From Savitreella phatthalungensis (lineage: Eukaryota), in assembly GCA_051599415.1 (NCBI GenBank), contig AP039695.1, positions 62,001 through 126,000 of the forward strand: a DNA stretch of 64,000 bases, read 5' to 3'. Position numbers and translations under genes: made by a program. The notes beneath the pieces are model-generated. The model was not told the origin of the DNA. It did not search any database and saw nothing but the letters and a program-made list of their open reading frames with translations. This document shows, one piece after another, positions 56,340 to 64,000 of the stretch (within the stretch, counting starts at the first letter, position 1; each line of letters begins with the position of its first letter).

Positions 56340-58210
56340 TGGATTGTATGGGTGGATGGATGAGGATGGGGTGAGGATGGATGACGGTGGTTGATTGATG
56401 GCGATCGGGGTGAATGGTTAACGAAGCAGTATTGGACATAGCCAATAGCCAGGCCAGGTCAGGATTGAGGATTTAATAGAGTGGGCGAATAAACGATTTG
56501 GCGGATGAATGATTGTCGTTACACATTGCGGCCGTTTGTGGCGGGATAAAATGCCTGGATTTGATTTGATTTGATACAATCGAATGATCAAGAAGTCCAA
56601 GTCCTGCAGAAGATCTTAGCAGTACAAGATAGAAATGGATCATCCTTTTGGCTAAGCACGAATGAGTGAGTGAGTTCGGATTGTGGTAAAATCAATACAC
56701 CTCGTCCAAGTATCGAATCGCATGGTCGATGGAGGAATGCTTGAATCTAATCGGTGCGACATGGGCTTTTCCATCTCTACAGTCAACTCCAGTCAAGTCA
56801 CGACAAAGTCAACTTGAGTTTTGGATAAATTTAGCCACACCCGTTCATATTCACGGTTGAGAACGGCAGATCTATTACAAGTCGAAGCTAGAGCAAGTCA
56901 GCTTCCCTTTTCGTTTCAGTTCTCTGTTCAAAGTGGAAGCTGGATAAGGTAGAATTCATGTAGATCGGTTTCACCTTTAGTCTCCGAATCCACTTGACTC
57001 CCATCACCCTCAGAACTTTCTATACACTCATTCTCGATCTCTTTACACTCTTCGCCTCGCTTCCATTCGAATCCTCTTACAATTGTGAAACGAATCTCCT
57101 GCTAAATTTAGAGTAAGTGAAAGTTCAGATGGAAGTTGAACCCTGTTCTTCCCTCAGGAGCCTTACCAGTCTGGTCTCCATCGAGAATAAGCATGCACTC
57201 TTATACTCTACCTCAACACTCCTTTAAAAAAGTACCTTTCTGCTCCCTCTTACACTGAATCATCGACTTTACCTGCTCGGATGACGGTTGTGTCCTATAC
57301 TACATCCATGTAACGTCGAACCTGTCAGGCCGTGCTCTGGTCAAATTCATGCAATCGCCAGCTTGCCTCAACCCGGCACAGTACTGTTCTGTGAATGTAA
57401 ATATGCATGGTGTATACTGCTCCGACATCAGGTGGCCAAAAACCTTAAAAGAAGATACACGATCATATTCGCTTGATGTAGTTTCGTACGGGATTTCTTC
57501 ATATCATTCTTATCACGAGCGGCCAGACACAATCGTCCTTGCAACACTCAGCTGTCTATACTCCACATCCGCACACTCGATTCACCGCAGGATTGCTCCA
57601 GAAGAACGTATATACGTAGTTCAAGACTCTCCGACGGAAGCTTTGTGCTTGCTGTCGATCTCTTAGTTGTACAAACGTTCATCACTTGACGCTATGAACA
57701 CTCAAGTTGCAGTCTCAAGTGTCTGTCCATTATCATTCACGAGCGCTGCAGAATGCTCAAGCACAAGTCCTGTCTATAGCTCTGGTCTTGACAGAACACG
57801 GAGATGTACATCAGAGCACTGTCGTGCATGCATAAGAGAGGTTGACTATCAGAATATGATTGAGCACGTGCAGACAATCTCATGTAGAGAATGAGATAGT
57901 TTAAACTGCTCAAGCCAAATTTTCTTCACAAAGCTGGGCGCGACTGAAAATCTACAGCGGGTCTAAAATCTGATCTCGTCCTAGAGATAACATGCATGCA
58001 GTGCATGTATGCGCTTCAACTTTTCCAGTCACAAACTCAAGCACGAGCACGAGCACCAGAACGAGCACGGGTTACTTGCATAGCAGCACTCTCGTAGCAC
58101 AACCAAGAGCTACATCACCTCGAGCTCTGTGGTCTTTCCTTTTGTCTCTTTAAATCGCGACACCACAGGTAGACCCTCTGTCAGACACGGTCTCTGCCTT
58201 GCGAGCCGTC

Positions 58211-59710
58211 ATGGCTACTTCACTTCAGGACACGATCCTGCAGACACTTGATCGCGACGGCTCCATCTCAGATACAAAGCATGTCCACCAGGACCAGACA
58301 GAAGTCGCAGGAGTTCTTCGGTCACTGGAAGCGCGCGGTATGATCACCTTCAGACAGATCGATAGCGAATCATGGCTTCCCACAGCTGAAGGTCAGTCAT
58401 TTATCGACAACGGTTCACACGAAGCGATCCTGTTTGACCACATCACAAAGGCTACCGCAGGTCTGAAAATTGCGGACGTTTCTTCTCTCATGGGAGCAAA
58501 TGGCAAAATCGGCCAGCAGAACGGCATGAAGCGCAAGTGGTTCAAGATCAACAAGGAGACACAGACGCTGGAACCGCTTGTCGACTCGGTAGAAGATACC
58601 ACGCGCGAACAGCTCAAGGCTCTCCAGTCTGGATCCTTGCTGGAAGACGCTAGCTTGGCAGAACTCAAGAAGCGAAGACTGGTGGAAAAGCAAAAGTCAT
58701 TTACTTTTGCCGTAGAGAAGGGAGAGCGATTTGCTCTGCAGGTTGTTGAAGAGCAGGCAGACCTGACGATCGATATGGTCAACTCTGGCGCATACAAATC
58801 CCTAGCATTCAAATCTTACAACTTCGCTGCTGCTGGTGCAAACGTTCGCGGTGGTGCACTGCATCCGCTCATGAAGGTCCGAGAGGAGTTCCGTCAGATC
58901 TTCTTCGAACTCGGGTTTGAGGAGATGGCCACCAACAACTTTGTCGAGACATCTTTCTGGAACTTTGACTCCCTGTTTGTGCCGCAGCAGCACCCGGCTC
59001 GTGATCTCCAGGACACGTTCTACATCAAGGATCCTGGAACGACGACTTTGATGCCTGATCCCGAATACGTGGAACGCGTGCACAAGGTGCATGAGTCCGG
59101 GTTGTACGGCTCTATTGGATATAGGTACCCATGGAAGGCGATCGAGGCACAAAAGCTCGTCCTTCGCACACACACGACTGCAGTCTCTGCAGCGATGCTC
59201 TACAAGCTTGCCAACCAGCCGGGAGGCTTCAAGCCAGCGAAATACTTCTCCATCGACCGCGTCTTCCGCAACGAGACCGTCGATGCTACCCATCTTGCAG
59301 AGTTCCATCAGGTCGAGGGTGTTATTGCAGATCGCAACTTGACATTGGGAGATCTGATCGGTTTCATGGAGCGCTTTTTCGCCAAGATGGGCGTCCACAA
59401 CCTCCGCTTCAAGCCCGCCTACAACCCATACACGGAACCGTCGATGGAGATCTTCTCGTATCACGAAGGACTCAAGAAGTGGGTCGAGGTCGGCAACTCT
59501 GGCATGTTCAGACCGGAGATGCTTGAGCCGATGGGACTTCCATCAGACGTCAAGGTCCACGGCTGGGGACTCTCGCTCGAGCGACCGACCATGATCAAGT
59601 ACGGTATCGACAACATCCGCGAACTCCTCGGCCACAAGTGCAGTCTCGAGATGATCGAGAGTAACGCGGCTGTGCGTCTCGACAAGGGCAGTATCTCAGC
59701 TCGCGGATAG
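58211..59710 (+). CDS. FRS2: cytoplasmic phenylalanine--tRNA ligase alpha subunit
   Basis: GALHPLMKVREEFRQIF, FWNFDSLFVPQQHPARDLQDTFY, LRTHTTAVS, FRNETVDATHLAEFHQ, GWGLSLERP. ATG is at 58211. Confidence 0.97.
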   Translation: MATSLQDTILQTLDRDGSISDTKHVHQDQTEVAGVLRSLEARGMITFRQIDSESWLPTAEGQSFIDNGSHEAILFDHITKATAGLKIADVSSLMGANGKIGQQNGMKRKWFKINKETQTLEPLVDSVEDTTREQLKALQSGSLLEDASLAELKKRRLVEKQKSFTFAVEKGERFALQVVEEQADLTIDMVNSGAYKSLAFKSYNFAAAGANVRGGALHPLMKVREEFRQIFFELGFEEMATNNFVETSFWNFDSLFVPQQHPARDLQDTFYIKDPGTTTLMPDPEYVERVHKVHESGLYGSIGYRYPWKAIEAQKLVLRTHTTAVSAAMLYKLANQPGGFKPAKYFSIDRVFRNETVDATHLAEFHQVEGVIADRNLTLGDLIGFMERFFAKMGVHNLRFKPAYNPYTEPSMEIFSYHEGLKKWVEVGNSGMFRPEMLEPMGLPSDVKVHGWGLSLERPTMIKYGIDNIRELLGHKCSLEMIESNAAVRLDKGSISARG

Positions 59711-59954
59711 CATAAACCATAGCACACACCGCCTCGAGCACTGTATGTAGACTTTTTTACCCTAAAACGCATGAGAATTGACCTCATTTCTAGAGAATCG
59801 GTCACGTGAATTCAATCCTCGTTACAGATTGCTGTACTCTGCATATGCTAGTATGTCCAAGCACAATCACGTCGAACCCACAGAGACAAACATATAGCAG
59901 CACAGACGCGCTGATCTGGAGCATCGCCGCGAGACGCCTCGATTATTGTGAGCC

Positions 59955-60756
59955 ATGTTCTGGCTGCTGATTACAACACTACTGGCACGCTTTGTGCTGG
60001 CGCACAGCGTCGTTATCGACCCAAATGCAAGAGGTAAAGTCGCGCGTCTTTGACAATTGACACGCCTATTAACCTTGTCTCCTTAGAATGCTTCCACGAG
60101 CAGCTGAAGCGTGATGACAGAATGACGGTATCATTCCAGACGGATGTCGGCGGCGACATGCAGGTAAACTTCTGGGTCACAGATCCACACAACCGCGTCC
60201 TCCACCAGCAGCCCCGGACAGCGATGGGAGAATACTCGCTCGAGGCAGAGGTCGACGGCAAATACGCCTACTGCTTCCTGAACGAAGGGTATGATGGACA
60301 GCCGCGGGAAGTCTCTTTCAACGTCCACGGCGTCGTCTACGTCTCTCCAGACGACCCAGAGCACCAAGACCCACTCGAACACAGGATCAAAGAGCTCGTC
60401 ACATGGGTGGAAACGATCAAGGACGAGCAGGAGTACCTCGTCATCCGCGAGCGCGTCCACAGAAATAGTAAGTCAAGTCCTATCCCACATCCACGGACGG
60501 GATTCGTGCCATTCGCAACGAGACTAACGCATATTTTCCTTCCTGCAGCATCAGAGAGCACAAACACACGAGTCAAGTTCTGGTCAATCGGTCAGACAGT
60601 TCTGTTGGTCGGTGTCTGTCTCTTCCAGGTCTTCTATCTGAGTAAGTCAATGGTTATAGCTGCAGACCGTACTGGTTGCGAGCCTTTATTCTTCAGCTGT
60701 ACTAATCACCCTTCTTCTCCACAGAACGCTTCTTCGAGGTCAAGTCGAGTTTGTAG
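59955..60756 (+). CDS. EMP24: p24/emp24 GOLD-domain cargo receptor; exons 59955-60033, 60087-60467, 60549-60641, 60725-60756 (194 aa)
   Basis: Signal peptide, ECFHE...GKYAYCF, EQEYLVIRERVHRNTSESTNTRVKFWS, tail KRFFEVKSSL. Three GT-AG introns of 53, 81 and 83 nt. Confidence 0.92.
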
Positions 60757-60923
60757 GCGAATGGTCCATCTACATGCATTGTCTCAACGACCTGTGACTA
60801 GCTCCAATCCAGCATATGATTGACTACGTCTTTGCTACATACTGTCCAACTACACTGTGTACTGTTACTGCATCGTGGTTTTGGTGAATTGAATGACGGA
60901 TTTTTACTGATCACTTCTTATCA

Positions 60924-60980
60924 ACGCGTTACCAATTGATTCACGTGCACCTCAAGCTCAGCCTATGGCGTTTGTTTACA
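60924..60980. promoter_or_regulatory. cell-cycle-type promoter module upstream of SPC105/spc7
   Basis: MCB ACGCGT 60924-60929, E-box TCACGTG 60941-60947, forkhead/FLEX GTTTGTTTAC 60970-60979. Confidence 0.45.
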
Positions 60981-61208
60981 AAACATCAACAGCTGCACCT
61001 ACGCCTACACATACGCATATAGTGCAAAGACAGCCATACCTCAACGGGAAACTCAAGAGGTCAGCAGCAACTCGGAAGAGACATACGCTACGGGCGCGTA
61101 GAGGGTCAGACTATACAGCTTTGACGCGCGCTGGCCAATGAAGTAGATCAACAAAATTGCATCGTCAATCACACCATCAACAGCATTCCTACTTACCCTC
61201 GGCATATC

Positions 61209-64000
61209 ATGAACAAGGAAAACGTTCCAGCAACACCTACCTTTACCACCTCCGGCTCATCTCGCAAGAGGGCAAAGTCATTCTCGACACCGCCATCTGC
61301 AAAGGCTCCACCCACAAAGACTGCACGCGGTATTCTGAAAGGTTCTGCATATGGTGGAGATGATGCACATACTATTGCTTTCATCCCCGTTCATTCTGCT
61401 TCGAAGCAGGAAAAGAAGACGGAATCAGCAGAGAAGCGTCGCAAATCTCTGGCTCGTCGCGTCTCTTTTGCCTCCCATGCCAGCGTCAGACTCTTTGAGA
61501 AACCGGGCGAGTCACCGCCGACGACCCCTCAGCAAGCGGAAGCTGCAGCCAGCCAAGCAGACGCCCGCAATACCAACACGGCTTCTCCTGCACAGCCAAG
61601 CTCAGCACAGCAGACACCACCTCGCCGGTCTCCACGCAAGTCACCAGCACGCTCTCCGCTTCCTGGCAAGAAGCAGACCCCACAGAAGTCTGCACGCGCT
61701 GGAGTCAAAATTGCTTCTCCAGCACCGCCGAGCCTGACAGACACTGCTGCCATTGAGGATGACGAAGATGATGGAGGAGACGCTCCGAGCATGGACGAGA
61801 TCACAATGGACCTTACCGGCATTGTCAACGCCCCTCGCCCAGCAAGCGGTACTCCAAAACTCACCCGCACGCGTCCTTCCTTTGGCGCGGACGCAGTGCG
61901 CGATGTGTTGGCTGGCGACGACAGCGCTCTCGACAGCGAAGAAGACGAGGAGGACGTCAACGATGCCGATGACGCCGTTCAACAGGTAGACTCTGGTGAT
62001 GACGACGATGACGATGATGATGCACTTGCCGAGCGCGGACTCCAGGAAGACGATACTCAGGCCATGGACATGACCGAGACCCTGTCCCCGGCAGTCCGCC
62101 GTGCCAATGCTTCCGCCACACCATCCCTCCCGCTCTCTGCGGCCTCGCTTCTCCCGCCAAAGTCGCCGATCCAGCGCATCATGGACGGTGAGTCTCCGCG
62201 TCGCTCGCCACGTCGTTCTCCCCGACGTTCCGTTGGTGCTAGTCGTGCAGACGAGACTGCTGAGGAGATGTCGATGATCTCCATGTCCATGGTCGATGCC
62301 ACCGTCTTACACGACTCGGGCGATATGGAGGCCGATGAATCCAGTATGGACATCACACAGGCACTAGGTCAGATCCAGCCGCCGATTGCAACTCCGCGCT
62401 CTGCAGGTCGATCATCGCAGCAGGGCGGATCGCCGCTCAAACGCAACATTTTTGACGATTTTCCCAACCCACCAGCCCAGCAGGCCGAGGAAGAAGACGA
62501 CATGACTCTAGATACCGGCATGGACCTCACTCGCGTCATCGGCGGAATCGTTCCGCCAAGTGGCAATCTCCTCGCTCTTCCGACCACTGAGGAGCAGGAT
62601 GAAGATGATGCTGATGAGTCTTCTGCAGACGTACTCGCCACACAGGACATGACGGTCGATATGACGGTCAACATGGACGAGACGCGGGTTTTTTCTTCCA
62701 CTCGTGAGGACCAAACCGGCTACACCATCGCCACAGAAGTCGACACGACTCAGCAACTATACGACTACTCGGCCACTGAAGTCGACGCTGGCAATGTCAC
62801 GCAAGCGATGGACATGACCATGGTCTACGGTGCCGGTATCAAACCGAAGTCGCCAGCAGTCCCGCGCAAGACCGCACTCACACCCATCAAGAGCGTCGGC
62901 TTTGACTGGGGCAACCTGCGTGGACAGCAGTCGCCAGCGGATGTCAGCATGGCAGATCTCACCTGCGACGATGTCACACAGAACATGGACATGACGCAGA
63001 TCGTCATGCCATCATCTCGGCCTGTCCAACTCAGCGCCGGCGTTCCTGAAGAGGAGGAAGCTGATGCGGACGAGTCCGCAGACATGGACATGACCATGGC
63101 CATGCCAGCCATCCTCGCTCGTGCGTCGCCCGCCAAGCAAAGCCCGGTTCGACGATTGAGCACAGGCGCAAAGCGATCGCCACTCAAGGACTCCGTCGTA
63201 ACCGCCGAAGGCACTGCGATCGCATCCGCATCCGCATCTGCAAGCGTAACACCGATCAAGCAGACCATCGCGACTATCGAGACTCCGACGACCAACAAAG
63301 CACTCAAGCTGGCTACGCCTCGTGCTCGCCAATCCCTTGCTGACAGTCCGATTCCACGCTTCGGCACACCAGCGGCGGCCTCGGCCGTCCGGTCAGTCGT
63401 CCGAGACAGCACCGAGTTTGGATCGCATCTGTTAACGAAACCGACTGAATCGCAGCTCCGCGTGAGCGTGCTCAAGGACAAGATCGCGCAGATGACACCC
63501 AAGAAGGCAGCAGACAATCTCTCGTCAGGCCCGTCCACGCCTCTCGCAGCCCAACCTGCAAGCGCGAGCGCAGCACGCATGTCTGCGCTTCGTAACGCCA
63601 TCGCTGCAGCATCTCCAGCACAAACACCCGTGCCAGTCAACGCTGCCATTGCTTCCCCATCGAGGACACCAGCTCGCACACCAATGCTGACGACAGCCAC
63701 TATCCTGTCTGCAAAGCAACACACCCCAGCTCCCCGACAGCCATCTCCATCACGGCTGCCTATCTCAGCAGCTCAGGCTGCAAGTGCGAAGAAGTCGCCA
63801 ACGAAAGCTCCATCCATCCAGCGCCCTGCTCACATTCAGCTCTCCGAGACAGAGTCGATCCCGATCAACGACGAAACGGCTACACCAACGCGACCAATCT
63901 CGCAAGCTGCACCACCGTCCAGCACACGTCCAGCGCTCACGCCACTACGTACTCCAGCTCGGGCGCCAACGACCATCACACGGACGCCGAGGACGGCGCC
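61209..64000 (+). CDS. spc7: kinetochore scaffold Spc7/Spc105/KNL1 (5' part, runs off the window)
   Basis: MNKEN start, PP1-docking RGILK and RRVSFA motifs, MELT-like repeats MDLT/MDMT/MDIT at 61806, 62064, 62346, 62520, 62808, 62985 and 63084. It is absent from the ORF track, consistent with no stop before the edge. Confidence 0.9.
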   Translation, partial: MNKENVPATPTFTTSGSSRKRAKSFSTPPSAKAPPTKTARGILKGSAYGGDDAHTIAFIPVHSASKQEKKTESAEKRRKSLARRVSFASHASVRLFEKPGESPPTTPQQAEAAASQADARNTNTASPAQPSSAQQTPPRRSPRKSPARSPLPGKKQTPQKSARAGVKIASPAPPSLTDTAAIEDDEDDGGDAPSMDEITMDLTGIVNAPRPASGTPKLTRTRPSFGADAVRDVLAGDDSALDSEEDEEDVNDADDAVQQVDSGDDDDDDDDALAERGLQEDDTQAMDMTETLSPAVRRANASATPSLPLSAASLLPPKSPIQRIMDGESPRRSPRRSPRRSVGASRADETAEEMSMISMSMVDATVLHDSGDMEADESSMDITQALGQIQPPIATPRSAGRSSQQGGSPLKRNIFDDFPNPPAQQAEEEDDMTLDTGMDLTRVIGGIVPPSGNLLALPTTEEQDEDDADESSADVLATQDMTVDMTVNMDETRVFSSTREDQTGYTIATEVDTTQQLYDYSATEVDAGNVTQAMDMTMVYGAGIKPKSPAVPRKTALTPIKSVGFDWGNLRGQQSPADVSMADLTCDDVTQNMDMTQIVMPSSRPVQLSAGVPEEEEADADESADMDMTMAMPAILARASPAKQSPVRRLSTGAKRSPLKDSVVTAEGTAIASASASASVTPIKQTIATIETPTTNKALKLATPRARQSLADSPIPRFGTPAAASAVRSVVRDSTEFGSHLLTKPTESQLRVSVLKDKIAQMTPKKAADNLSSGPSTPLAAQPASASAARMSALRNAIAAASPAQTPVPVNAAIASPSRTPARTPMLTTATILSAKQHTPAPRQPSPSRLPISAAQAASAKKSPTKAPSIQRPAHIQLSETESIPINDETATPTRPISQAAPPSSTRPALTPLRTPARAPTTITRTPRTA

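Noticed and set aside
56450..58200. Long UGP1-FRS2 intergenic region as a possible transposon remnant or hidden gene
   Set aside because: No terminal repeats, transposase/RT motifs or credible ORF seen. The same applies to 135-1398 and 33726-34418.
60050..60823. 257-aa ORF as listed in the track
   Set aside because: It reads through introns; the spliced 194-aa Emp24 model fits the family.

Overview
Compact, intron-poor eukaryotic DNA. It is almost certainly fungal, and the gene content and short introns suggest an early-diverging ascomycete such as a Taphrinomycotina species (inference). About 28 protein-coding genes are tightly packed. Most are housekeeping genes: SEC5, STI1, TIM23, TIM50, SRP102, RPF1, MTC1, COG8, DOM34, RPS19, RPN11, RPD3/clr6, IMPDH, an EDEM/Mnl1-type GH47, UGP1, FRS2, EMP24 and the 5' part of SPC105/spc7. 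Six genes need splicing and are broken or missed in the ORF track; I reconstructed them by hand. I saw no tRNA, rRNA, transposon or CRISPR feature. The most interesting items are: (1) a hidden 104-aa spliced gene whose N-terminus aligns without gaps to Elongin B; (2) a box C/D snoRNA (snR54-like, 18S guide) inside the unusually long IMPDH intron; (3) an F-box/LRR protein with two intact cyclic-nucleotide-binding domains; (4) a YwbE(DUF2196)-CUE fusion; (5) a CYLD-like deubiquitinase; and (6) a TCACGTG E-box that recurs upstream of many genes. All family calls come from motif recognition, not database searches.
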